Positions 19,686 through 31,819 of a DNA stretch of 64,000 nt are shown in pieces. This DNA comes from Tubulanus polymorphus. Lineage: Eukaryota; Animalia; Nemertea. Position numbers and translations under genes: made by a program. The DNA lies in the NCBI RefSeq assembly GCF_964204645.1, contig NC_134026.1:13266050-13330049 (forward strand), given 5' to 3'. Every line of letters starts with the position of its first letter. Position 1 is the stretch's first letter. The notes under the pieces are model-generated. The model had not been told where the DNA came from, searched no databases, and saw nothing but the letters and a program-made list of their open reading frames with translations.

Positions 19686-22344
19686 GTTTTGTCGGAACAT
19701 TAAGTTTTTTGGTCGAACAGTGTGTTAAGGTCGTTTTGGAAATTTACTCGGTCTGGTATATTTTGGATTACTGTGTATGTCATTTGTCAGGAGATTAAAC
19801 AGAAGACGACTTAGGATACTACCTTGCGTGACTCCACTAGTTAGACCGTCTCATTCCAAGATGAGGCGTTCCGTTGATTTCGGTTACAAGTTTCCGTTCA
19901 GAGATAACTGCTGAGCCATTTGGGCGACCTATCATTGATACTGTTTCCTAATAGCCTGTTTAGTAATGGCTGATGTTGAGCCTTATCAAATGCTTTGTTG
20001 AAATCCACCGTTGAACAGGATTCTAAGACTGTGCAGAAAACCCGTTATCGCTGCTTTGCAGCTATATTGTTCTATTAAAAACTTCATCTTTCACATGCTC
20101 CTCTTTTAATTGATCATAAAATTGTTCTGTTAATAATTCTGTTACATTAAAATCACCATAATATTAAATCATTTTTAATAAAATGAATAAGGAATTGCGC
20201 CTTTATATCTCAATAATTTAAAATAATCTTGAGTTATTATAAAAATCATTATCAACTAAACTTTTTGCTAAATTATCTAATGAACTTGCTAGAAATCTTT
20301 AAGAATCTAAAAATCTAATGCAACCAAGTTGAATTGAAATACAATTTTCAGAGGTCTTAGCTAATAATTTAAAATCATACTTTCTTACATTTGCTTCATT
20401 CATAGCATTTAAAATCTTGTTCATTTGGGTAATAATGTCCTGATAATTGTTTTATAAATAGATGGGTATCATAGCCTGATAGATTATGAAATTATATTGG
20501 TACGAAATTAACTTCTTTAGCTTGTAAATTGCAATCTTCATGAGCAGCTCCACAATATTTTGAATTTAAATGATCATGATCTCTAACTTTTTTATCAAAT
20601 GAATAAAAACGTTTTTCACAGTAACAACAATGAGTTGCATAATTAAAATCAATTTCATCTTTTGTCATAAATATTCTTTTATTTTTGTTTAATAATTTTG
20701 CAAAATCATTTTCTACTTCAATTATTTTATTACAAAATTCATAAACTACATCTTCACCTCGAAAAGAAATTAATTATTGAAATTATTGACTTTGATATAA
20801 TTCAGGATAATTTGATTTTATATGAATTCCATAAGCAGCAGCTCTTTGATGAACTTTTTTTATTGTGTTTATAATTGGTGGGTCTTGAATTATATCTTTA
20901 TTTAGTTCATTTCCTTTACACATTGATTTTAAAAATTGCTTTTGTTATATATTTCTTTTCTATCTTGATCAGTTAATTCTTTATTCAACGATTTATTTTT
21001 TGTAATATAACAAACCTATAACATTTTCATCATCATAATATTCTGTTAAATATAAAGCTTCCAATGTATATAATCTTTAATATTTTCACCTTTTGTCTCT
21101 GGTAATTGCATTAATTCGAATACATTTATTTTTAAATTATTAACTTTTTCTATTTTAGGAATCATTTTCATAGTTACAGGATATTGATCAATTTTATGTG
21201 ATGTTTCATATTTCCGGTAATCTGTTATTCTATAAACATGTTCTTCTGTTGGATGTAAGCAACTAATAATTGACCATAGAAAACATTTATTATCTTCATT
21301 TTGAACATTTATTACTGCTTTTGTTGTAAATGGTAATTTGATATAACTTGTTGCTTTAATATCCTTTTCTGTTGTAAAGTTTGAATCATTTTTAAACATT
21401 GTTTTACTTTTTGATGCTTTATTTCTCTTTGTATTATAAACATTTAAATCTAAAAATATAATTTCATTCAATGTTAAACCAGAACCCTCAAAATATCTTT
21501 CCTCAATATGACGTTTAAATTCATTAAATATTTTATCTAACTTCTTTTATTTGTGTTTTTGAAATTATTTCTTCAGAGTGTTTGAATATTATAATCCATT
21601 TTTTCTTCTGATTTTCAAAACTTACTTTCCCAGAGATACTAATTTTTGGGTATTCAACATCTGTAATAAAGTCCATTATTTTTTCCATGATTTCAGTAAA
21701 TTTACGATAATCTTCTATTGTTGCTCCTTTAAAAAATCTAAATATAATAGCCGCAGGTCAAAATTTTACTGCGTAATGTTTCTAAAATTTCAATCTTTTA
21801 ATTCTAGTGAATCGATATAATTTCTAACATTTTCCATGTAAGGTTTATTTGAAATAGATTTAGTTTTTGAAACTGGTTATTTTACTTGTTCAGGTTTATC
21901 ATCAAAATAATCTGTTCCTAAAACATTATTACTTAAATTTTGTATGTGTTTTAGCGATTCGAGATGTCTTTTACAATTCCTTTTTGCTATTAATTCATTA
22001 CAAACTTCACATTTTATTTCATCGACGTTCATATTTTCTAATTGTTCCTTTCTTTCATTGGAATTTTCTGGAGTTTCAAAATCTATAACATTTTTTATAT
22101 GATTTGCAGTTTTTTCATGCCGAGATTTACTTGATTTTTCAATGTATTTTTTTACAATATGTAAAATATTATTGATATTCATTAACATCATTGTTTCCTG
22201 TCTGTAACTCTCTATCTCCAATTTATTTGGAAAAAAAATTACTTGTAGTGATGAGTGATTAAAAAAAGCAAAAAAAAAATTTAATTCGTTAAATGAACCT
22301 GGATCATATGAGCGCGGTCACCTTCCCCCTATATATAGCGAACA

Positions 22345-22550
22345 CGTAAATAACCGTTCTCGTCCAAGCCTCGCTGCATTGATCTATCCGAGCACAGCTG
22401 GTACACAATCACTGTACTACTATATATAGCAACGTACTGTAGACCGTTCTCGTCAATGCCTCGCCACGTCGATCTATCCAAGCGCAGCTGTTGTTACGCG
22501 CACTCACTGTATAGCACAACGCAATCGACTGTTCTCGTCAGTGCCTCGAT
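22345..22550. repeat. Three ~85-bp GC-richer tandem repeats upstream of copy B PolB
   Basis: Repeated ACCGTTCTCGTC.A.GCCTCG; the first two units continue ...GATCTATCC.AGC.CAGCTG, with TATA-like (TATA)TATAGC between units. Confidence 0.65.
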
Positions 22551-22649
22551 CAATCAAATTGTCCAGATAAGTCATTTCGGATTCTTGATATTCATTTTTT
22601 TATTTTTCTTATTATTTTATTTCTTAATTATTTAGTCAACAACTTCTAA

Positions 22650-22958
22650 ATCATGATGCCCGTCTTCATTTTCCCCATGGTAAATTATTTTAAATCCTTC
22701 TAAAACTTTTAATTCCTCTATACTCAATAAAACCCATTTATCAGGTAAAAATACTTTAAATTCTCGCGTTGTACTAACAATTCAGTAACTTGAATTTGCT
22801 GTTACTTTACTGTTATATTTAGTTTTTATCTTTTCTAATTTTAATATTTTGTGTTCAATTTCTTTCGTAACATCGACTAACTTTTTTATTTCAAATTGTT
22901 TTTTGTTGGTTTTATTTTGTTATTTATTGTTGGTAAGAATGCTTTTCCCATCTGCCAT
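22650..22958 (-). pseudogene. Diverged homologue of the 113-aa gene
   Basis: TAAATG start; IKKLVDV...HKILKLEK...FKVFLPD(K) pattern resembles 3096-3437; disrupted. Confidence 0.5.
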
Positions 22959-23094
22959 TTATTGTGGGGAAAAATTACTTGTGGTGATGAGTGGTGTGTC
23001 GTCCTCTCGTCCTCTGGCCTGAAAACGCCATATTACAATTACTCGTACGATACCTAGTCGAATAAAATGCTCACCATTTTGTTTTGGGTTTCAC

Positions 23095-23210
23095 ATTAGG
23101 CTTTCCCAATGGGCTTTCCCAATTACATCAGAAACGCCGAAATTCCCGGAATTTCCCCGTATATCCCACAAACAGCCAATCACATTCATTGTAGCTCAGG
23201 TTACAAGGTC
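23095..23210. promoter_or_regulatory. Cluster of NF-kB/STAT/ATF4-like motifs upstream of the copy B gene block
   Basis: GGGCTTTCCC 23111, ATTACATCA 23122, TTCCCGGAA 23143, GGAATTTCCC 23148, CCAATC ~23177. Function inferred. Confidence 0.4.
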
Positions 23211-23559
23211 AACTCAAATAAATAGAAGCGAGGAAATTTAGGGTGTTTATAAAGTGAGGGCCTGTAGGTCGAAAAGTACATTGAGATCAGTCGAACTAAA
23301 AACGGCGACACTTCCAGGGAGGATTTAACTTTTATATATTTCAATTCCAAGCATGCAAATTGTCATATGTAAAAACGTGCCATTACTTAGTGCTAAAAAG
23401 CGGGGTTTTTTGTGTGTTTTTCAAGAATAAGTCCCCTCAAAATAACTCGATCACTATGAAATTTTTGTGGGCTCGGGGACTCATTAAGCCAAACCATGAA
23501 ACCAAAAATCAACACTATTGGTTCAACAGCCAAAGTTTTTGCCTTGTTGACACACCGGT

Positions 23560-24667
23560 ACTCTATTCATTTTCAATGAAAACTGCTTCATCAGACCGTT
23601 TACATAGGCAAACCTACGGTTCGCCAAAAAGGTTAAGATTTAATATTATATCTCCTTTTTAAATCTGTAAAATTAATTTAAGTTTCACGGAATTCAAATC
23701 TAAATATTAATTCATTTAATACTGAAAACATCGAATTAGTGGAAGATATAACAGTTGATCCGTCAGTTTCACTATTTTTTGCTTCAATAATGAACTCTGA
23801 TTTATCATCATTTTGGTTAATTGTGGTGTATAAACACGGCATATTTTGAAACGTTAACATTAATAAGATTAGTAAAAAAACGATTCTTCAATATTTTGAC
23901 TTATTCTAGATTTATATCCTTTAAATTTCCTTGCTTATATATCACCGTAAAAACAGAAATAAAAGCATCTTTAAATCAAATCATAAATACACACAGTCTG
24001 TTATACCTTATCAAATAACGATTTCAGTTGTATATATGCAGGTAAATATTTGCTTTTTTCAAATATTGTTTTATTTTTTCCATCATTTTTAATCCTCCTT
24101 TAAATGATATACTAGTTGTTCGATTATAATTAATCCTATTTCAATTGATTTTTCAAATGATTCGTTCGACCTTTTTTGATAAAAATTTAGGTAACTCATT
24201 AAATTTGAACCAAAATTTATATTTACACCAGGAGACAAGCTGTTTTATTATAAATTTTTTTTATCATCCTTATTTAATGCCGAAACAGAACTATTAGAAA
24301 ATTCCTTTAGAACTTCATATTTTCTAATTTCGAACATTAATTTCATTTCATCTGAATTGAATAATCCTTTAAATTCTTGAGTAACATTGACATGTAATGT
24401 ATTATATTATAATTAGTTAAAAGTAAGTTATCTAATATAATATTCCCTTGATTAAAACATTCTTTAATTTCATAATGTGTTATCTTTCTCTGATTTACGT
24501 TAAGAAAAATTGTTCTATGATCTTTGATAATTTCGTTTTCTAACATGATTTAATATAGCATTATTTTATCGCAAAATACATCCGAAGTTTCAATTAATCC
24601 ATTATTATCTGATTTATAAACTTATTATTGTTTCCTCCCGAAATATCAGCTAACTTACTCCCCTCAT
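23560..24667 (-). pseudogene. Decayed AT-rich Polinton gene of unknown function
   Basis: T-run plus TATAAATG start at 24667; fragmentary ORFs 24343-24546 and 23678-23860 with viral-like composition. Confidence 0.4.
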
Positions 24668-25254
24668 TTATATACTAAATTTCCAAAAAAATTAAAAAAT
24701 TGAAAGAGTTCGGTTTAGAGTTCCCTGAAACCATTCGCTCTAAAATGTTTTTTTACCCTTATTGGTTATTGTTTACTCTCCATTTATTATACATAATTAT
24801 TATATTATATTTTGCTAATTGAAAAATATAGATAAATTAATCATTATTGAAAAATATGAATATAATTTTATAATATTGAAATCGTTATGAAATTAAAATA
24901 ATAATAATATGTTTAAGTTATTCTTATATTTTTCCAAGTACTTTAATATTCTTTATGTACTAAAACTACTAAAACCACTAAGGAGATAAAGATACAGGGG
25001 GTATATTATATATTATATCTCTCATATTTATAATTTATACCATTTTTAATATTATAAAAATTATGAAATATAAATATAATAACATTTTAATTGCTACATA
25101 TCGAATGATACTTATTGATTTAATGAAATATATATTTTTTTTAATTTCATTTATTTTATGTTTTCATATTCTAATATTCATTTCAATATTTTAATATTTA
25201 TTTCTTTGTATCTTTTTAAAATTATAAAATTAAAATATTTAAAAAAAATATAAA

Positions 25255-25400
25255 AGTAAGTGTGTAATTATGTTTTCAGATTGAAGATTGAAAGTTTGAG
25301 TGAATGAAAAAAAAAATAATTCGAGCCAGCGAGAATTTATTTTTCTTTTTGAGTTCGGCCTTTCGACTTTTGATCTGAAAACATAATTACACTCTCAACT
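25255..25400. repeat. 146-bp fold-back palindrome, terminus of copy B
   Basis: AGTAAGTGTGTAATTATGTTTTCAGAT...ATCTGAAAACATAATTACACTCTCAACT with central CGAGCCAGCG; shares CCTTTCGAC.TTTGATCTGAAA with 15745-15767. Confidence 0.75.
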
Positions 25401-26392
25401 CAATAAACATTTCAAGCGGCCTTGAAATGATCTCCTATCACCCGCGTTATCGAAACACTGAATCCGAATATCAAGCGTGAGTCCAGCTTATTGATAATAA
25501 TATGTTATATACAGGTATTTAGTTAATATCCCGTGGATTTGGAAAAGAGTATGCACTGTACGAGCAGTAGAATATTGATACATCGTTGAAGTCCACAGCC
25601 AAATCACTAGGAATAAATTCATATATTTTGATACCTCATCAACACTACGGCTTTTCTCCGCCGCATCTGTTCAGTGGGTTTAGTTTTGGCGTACGACTCG
25701 CCGGAACTTACAGATTTATCATAGTAAATATATAATAATAATCAACAGAATAACAAGAGGAATTCCGTGAAGCAGCAGAAACCCTAATAATAATCAGCAG
25801 AACTGCAATAGGGTTTCAGCGGGAGCATCAGAAACCCTAATAAAACTGACTGTGATGTGTGTCCAGTGCGCGTTGTATTATTGACTGTGTGCTTGAATGC
25901 CACGAATAGCAAGAGTAGTTCTTCAAACCTACATATTTATTCCTGTCTTGTGCAAATGAATAAGCAAGAATTGTCAATAAAGATAATGGAATTAATGCGA
26001 CTAACAATTTACTAAGATATAAGATTGACTCGATGTTTGATATAGCTTCCATTTTTATTTTGTCTTTTATGACTAAGTTGGCTTGATTATTGGCTTGATT
26101 ACGCTTATAATAATACATTGTAACAATAACAATAATCGAAAGTAGATGGAATACAGGCTAGCTACGCACTTGAATACATTTGGAATTGCCGATAAAAGCA
26201 GCTACGTATGTATCTTTGCTGATGATACTCTTCTGCAACTTCGATTTGGATGCGATATACTGATATTCTGGTAGCAATAGGGTAGATTCTTAAGCTGTCT
26301 TCCTTCATGATTTATGTTAAATCACCATCGCAATCGATGGTTATCGATAGTCTAGTCTGAACCCTTAGTACACGGATAATTCATATACGGTA

Positions 26393-27210
26393 CAGTAGAC
26401 TCCGCTCCACCTAAACTAGTTAAGTCGGAACCTTAAATTTTTGACTGAATCATGCGGGTGCCAGTTCAAAGAACTGGCAATATCGATGGAAAAATATGGA
26501 TTTACTGAAATGAAATAAGCTCTTCACTTGTAGTTGAAAGGTAGGTAACTTTTGCTGCCATACCATTTGCCGTATAGCATATTTTTGGGCTTCAGGTGCG
26601 TTTAATCGCGATTTTGATTAGTGAAACGTTATCAAATGACATACATGAATTTAGAATATAAAGGATGTTTGAAAAACTTTAAAAAATATTTCATGGAAAT
26701 CCTTTAGATATTTTAGGAGCTATAGCAGATTTTAATGGAAGTGTCTGAATACGAGGTGTCACCCATTTCTTCTTTTTATATATTTAGTACCAGGGATGAT
26801 ACCTGGGATGATAAGCTACAGTTCACCCCAAACTTCAAATACGAGCTCCTGTGCTTTGTTGAAACTCTGCGACAACTTGTCTCCGTTTCTTTGCGTTATG
26901 GTGCACTTGAGTAAAAATGCAAGCACCGGTCAATAAGGTCAATGAGTGAATGCATTCTCAGTATTACACGCGGGATAAAAGATCAATAGTGTTACATTGT
27001 TGACGGAAGTTCGTTACGCTATACCAGTTTACAGGCTTCATACACGGAAATGAAGTCAACATTTTACCGAATTCGACGGATTGCCGATTAAAGCGATATC
27101 GGACTAGGCAAAATATGTGTATTGCAAAACAGTAACTAATGGAAATTTTATATTAATTTTACTGAATTGAACGGATTACCGGATAAACCGGTTTAGGCGG
27201 AGCATAATGT
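26393..27210. mobile_element. Tc1/pogo-like MITE
   Basis: Imperfect TIRs TA|CAGTAGACTCCGC..CCTAAAC and GTTTAGGCGGAGCATAATG|TA. Confidence 0.45.
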
Positions 27211-27410
27211 ACTACAATACATTAAAGGAAGACATCTTAGTAAAAATGTCAATGATACGTTTTTGGAACATTAAGGATTTCCAGTGAGATAAATATGCAT
27301 AAGATTTCCTTGTGTTCAAGATCCATAGATATCACTCTAGAAAAAAAAAATCAAATTAGTACAGGTAGATATTTTCATACACACTCAAAGGTACTTAATA
27401 TATTCTATAC

Positions 27411-27566
27411 CTATTGTGCAAAATCCTATTTGTCGTTGAGCTACGTCAGTATAACACCAGGGACGAATCTCACTGAACTGGACACAGTTATAGTAATTAG
27501 CTCCTTTAAAATTGAACGGGAACACGCACACTTTCCCATCAACGGTTTTCCGGTTGATATTTGCCA
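27411..27566 (-). CDS. Host gene exon encoding a fibronectin type II domain (4th seen)
   Basis: tttttag| ...KTVDGKVCVFPFNFKGANYYNC...PWCYT...GFC |gtatag; 156 bp, phase 1-1. Confidence 0.8.
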
Positions 27567-27637
27567 CTAAAAATATAGTCAACTGCGATTGTAAAAATTG
27601 AAAAGAAACAAAATAACAAAGAGTGACGATAACTAAC

Positions 27638-27817
27638 TTTTACACTTTTCCATTTTACTGTACTGCAATTTGGCCGTGGTTGAACACCACGGATCAGCAT
27701 ACCCAGCTCGGATGCATTCATAATACTCCTTGCCTTTCCAGTAAAAGGGAAATACACAGGGAATCCCGTTCACAGTCACCTGTGGACCACTTTCGTACCA
27801 TTTTGCCTCCTTTTTAG
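27638..27817 (-). CDS. Host gene exon encoding a fibronectin type II domain (3rd seen)
   Basis: tttaag| ...VTVNGIPCVFPFYWKGKEYYECIRAGYADPWCSTT...C |gttagt; 180 bp, phase 1-1. Confidence 0.8.
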
Positions 27818-27908
27818 CTTAAATATCATAACAAATTATATTTTAGGTTACAATAACCTGATGCATGTAACAAGAAAAATGAATCTGCTTGATTATTCGG
27901 TTTCCATA

Positions 27909-28960
27909 AGTAAAAGTGAATATACGTTTTTCAAATCAAAGGTCGAAGGTCGAGAAAATATGAAACATAACTCTAATCTGAAACATATTGAAAATCAAAT
28001 TAATTAGTCGCTCGGCCGTTCGCTTCGCTCCCAATACGGGATATCGACAAATTCAAGTTCTTGAATAACTCGTTTGATGGCGGTATTCAGAACCGGAAAT
28101 TGGAACCTAAATCCTCCGTGCTCTAGTTCATTTGCAATGAAATTCTCTCGCTTCAAGTTTTCAATGAGCGATATTTTACTTACTATATATCGTCAGGTGT
28201 AATCCTTTAAATATGTTTTCCTACCGCTAAGTTGGATATGATAACACCTCACTGCAACGGCTAGAAATCACTATTAGTGTCTTAAAATTATCAAAAAATT
28301 TTTGCTACAGCGGAAGATGTAAAGACTGGTGGCCATGTATCACATGGTGGCAGCACTTGACGGCCCAATTTCGATTGTTGGTTCGAGTCCTGGTACTTTT
28401 CATATTTTTATTATGAATCTACGAGTGTAGGTCTTCTAAAATCAATTTTATTTCTTAATATTATCTCATATTTATCAGAGTAGCCTGCAATGAATTCATC
28501 TCAGAGTCTTGAACTCAACAACAAAGCGATGCCACCTGGCACCAGTCATTACTTCCGTTAGCTGCTTCGAGCGTCATCGCTAAATTTGTGATTTTTGGTA
28601 GTTTTTTGACATTTCTAGTGATCCTTAGCGTTCAAAGTGAGGTTTTATCGAATTCAACACATTGTCAGGTTATCATACTTAAAGGATTATGCGTGCCTAT
28701 GTATAGTAAGTAAAATATCGCTAACTAAAAACTTGAAGCGAGAGATTTTATTGCAAATGAACTAGAACATGGCGGATTTAGGTTCCAATATCCGGTTCTG
28801 ACTAGCGCCATCAAACAAGTAAATCAAGAAATTTGTCGATATCCCGTATAAATTTAATTTTCAATATGTTTCAGATTAAAAATTAGAATTATTTTTTCAT
28901 ATTTTCTATTTTCTCTCCTCCCTTAAACCTTTTATTTGAAAATGTATAATCCCTATTACT
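27909..28960. repeat. Left terminal fold-back palindrome of copy C (~240 bp without the MITE near its centre)
   Basis: AGT start, ACT end at 28960; arms TAATCTGAAACATATTGAAAAT / ATTTTCAATATGTTTCAGATTA; GC-rich centre GTCGCTCGGCCGTTCGCTTCGCTCCC. Confidence 0.75.
28037..28846. mobile_element. MITE with long TIRs and TA duplication
   Basis: TA|CGGGATATCGACAAATT ... AATTTGTCGATATCCCG|TA; inverted similarity extends more than 120 bp. Confidence 0.85.
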
Positions 28961-29076
28961 CTAATAATTTTATATATATGAATATCATTCACATGAATAT
29001 CATTTATATGAATATCATACTTATGAAATTTGATATTTCTAAAATCAATTTTAATAAAAAAATGTGTATACTAAAA

Positions 29077-31213
29077 TGGAGAGTAAACAAGTACACAGTG
29101 AGAAGTACAAATCGTTTCTAGCTAAATTTAAGATACTACAAGTTAACAGAACTAACAATTCATAAGAAATATCTAATTACAAATATTGAAATAATTACTA
29201 ATGAATATGGTGATAACTTAGTAATTCATTATATATAAGAATATAAGGATTAAAAGGAAATAAATATAAATTCAGAACGTATTTACTAGACAGATTTCAT
29301 AGATTAGTGAAGATATTAAAGAATTATATTCTGGTGATTTCTATTTCATACATTTCATGTCATATAAGAATGAAAAAGGATGTCATGATATAGATTTCGA
29401 ATAAGGAATATGTGAAATAAATGGTAGAATTAAAAAAATATAGAATATATGTTGATTCTACAAAACTTACAAATCATTAATCTCATAATTAACAATAAAA
29501 ATTAGATAGAGAATTCAAAAACTGTTCGTGATTTAAAATAAGTAAATAAAAGTTTATGTAATCCTTTTAATAATATATCGGATAAAACTATTGAGCATAG
29601 ACTGTTTATGATTCATGTTAGAAATACGAATAGATGGTATCATCTATTTCTAAAACCATGATTATATTTAGAAACATAAGGGCAAAAAAGAGAAGAGGTC
29701 GGACAGAAATGGGTGGACCCACTGGATTTGGAATTACATTTTTAAAATGTGTTATAGATAATTAAGTGAGGATAAAGTAAGCTAATGATGAACAACATAA
29801 TTTTTTTTAGTAAAAAACATTAGCTAAACTGTAAGGAATTAGTCCAGATAGAAGTTTTTCAAATATTGATGCTACACTAACTTTAATACCTTTTACTCAT
29901 TTTTATATCTAGAACAACTTGTAATCAAAGTATATTAAATATTTTACCATTTAAAATGTTAAACAATTTGGAACACAAATGAATTATAATTTATCTGAAT
30001 GTGATTTTAAACCTTGTATTCCACAATTTAATCATTTTAATTTAGAAATCAGAAATCATAATGCATACTTAATTGATTTAGATAATTTTCCTGTAATTTA
30101 TGAAATAGTTATAAGATGTAATATAAATATGAATATAACTGTTGAACCGATTATATGTTTTGGATTTGATTTTAAACGTGAAAAGAAATGAAATTTGAAA
30201 TTAATGACGTGATAACTCACATTAAAAATACTACATTTGATTATATAAAAACAAGAAATAAAGTAACATATACTGTAGAAAACATTACTGATTTAATTAG
30301 AAAATCTTAAAGATTTTATTATTGATGATATCAGAAACATTATAACTGAAATATATGATACTAAAAATGATAATGTTATAATTGTTATACATGTTGAATT
30401 AATTATTACTAAATTATCTAAATAATTTGAAGGTAATTTCTTGATAAATGAATGGATCAAAAGTAGATAATAAATGGATTATATAATGGAGCATTATTAT
30501 CAGTTGGAACTGTTGGATATACAATGTTATTGAAGAAAGTATTTATAAAATGGGAAATGTTAATGTTGATAGGTTTGATATAAATGATATTTTAAATTAA
30601 CATTAGCAGTTAATTTGACTATTGATTATTAAAAAAACCAAAAATATATTCCTCCTATTGATGCACAAATTCTTTATATAATAAGTGGCATCTGCAGTTA
30701 TAATTTGTAGGATCGGAAATTGTTATCGTATTGGTATTTACAGGTAGTGGATATTTATTTAAGCATATTGATAAAAATGGTGCATCATAAGAACAAAAAA
30801 GACATAATTTAGCATTAAAAATGCTAATGAAGAATGTAGAGAAAAAAGACAAAATTATATGGATTATATTAAAGAAATATGTTATCAAAATATTTCACAC
30901 AGCGATTTTAAATCAGTTGATGAAGATATGAATTTACTAATTCAGTATCAAATTCTGAGAAATTACATCTATATGAACCAAAATTATCAGATTATTATAC
31001 ACCAAGTAATGAACAGAAGTAACACGAAATAATTTGGTAATAGGTGGGACAGTTCTTGTATTATTTTTAGCATATAAATTTACAAATTGATTATATATTA
31101 TTTTTGGTAAAATGAATGGATATTTAAGATAAGATATATAAGATAAAATGGGTGGTATTGATATTATTCCGCATGATATAAATAAATCTAAATTGAAATC
31201 ATATTTAGAATAA
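29077..31213 (+). pseudogene. Decayed 113-aa gene, penton and the following four small genes (copy C)
   Basis: Collinear nucleotide similarity to 3096-5340 with many stops and indels. Confidence 0.85.
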
Positions 31214-31819
31214 AAGACCGAGAGTCCAGTGGCTCGCCAAACTGGTGTAGTGAGGTTAGAAATTTGTCATGTAGCCTACTGGTACGCAAAAATTCATTTC
31301 ATTGAAAATTGAAATAGAAAAAAATATATGAAAAGGACTCAATTTTGGTTAGTGTTAATTTTAAATTATATAATTGAAAAATTCATGATGGGCCTTTTGT
31401 ACAAACAAATTTTCATAATTCTAATACATTCCTTGAATGACGTAAAGAAACTAAATCTATGAGTGACCCGTTACGGTACAAACTTGGAGAGAGCCTGGGT
31501 TTCATCGGAGGTTTTTCATTATCATATACGAACCGATCAGGACAGAAGCTCCCATGTTCTTCAAATTTGTTTCGTCAGTAACCGCTCAAAGTTCATCGAC
31601 TGACATGGTTTTTAATAATTTAATTTCCTAAACGCTAAATAGATGTAATAATGAATTATTCTCGAGAATAAGCTATTAAGCAGCGAGTAAAACGACGTTT
31701 CGTCCTCCACGAAACCAAGTTTTCGTTTTACCGCCACCTAACCGCCATCTTTTCTCGCTGCTTTGCGAAATATACACGTGTTTACCGAGTAGAAAATATA
31801 AGTACTAATCTAGTACTAA

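Larger units (their letters stand above)
16153..20068 (+). mobile_element. Helentron-like non-autonomous element carrying a 31-bp satellite
   Basis: Cleanly interrupts PolB; starts ATTAGGGT and ends AACCCGTTATC-GCTGCTTTGCAGC-TATATT (subterminal IR plus 3' hairpin); the same end is seen inverted at ~37362-37396. Includes a LINE RT scrap (DFNKAFDK, minus, ~19950-20005). Confidence 0.55.
15800..22221 (-). pseudogene. pPolB remnant of copy B, interrupted at 16155-20067
   Basis: N-terminal zinc finger CEVC...HLESLKH, SYIKLPF..VINVQNEDNKCFLWS, VRDHDHLN and GYFFVVDLEYP; EVFNRT|LDIWNH is continuous across the insertion; many stops and deletions. Confidence 0.85.
15786..25400 (-). mobile_element. Decayed Polinton copy B with later insertions
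   Basis: Minus-strand pPolB remnant, 113-aa-gene homologue, another TAAATG-initiated remnant, and a related terminal palindrome at 25255-25400. Confidence 0.75.

Noticed and set aside
16209-19703. Many overlapping ORFs (RPRQF/LSPATIH/ARDNS repeats)
   Set aside because: Translation of a stop-poor 31-bp satellite cycling through three frames.
26835-26905. Possible terminal exon of the FN2 gene (HHNAKKRRQVVAEFQQSTGARI*)
   Set aside because: Phase fits, but it lies inside an apparent MITE (26393-27210) and has no domain support.
28328-28400. tRNA gene
   Set aside because: Only a B-box is evident; no convincing cloverleaf.
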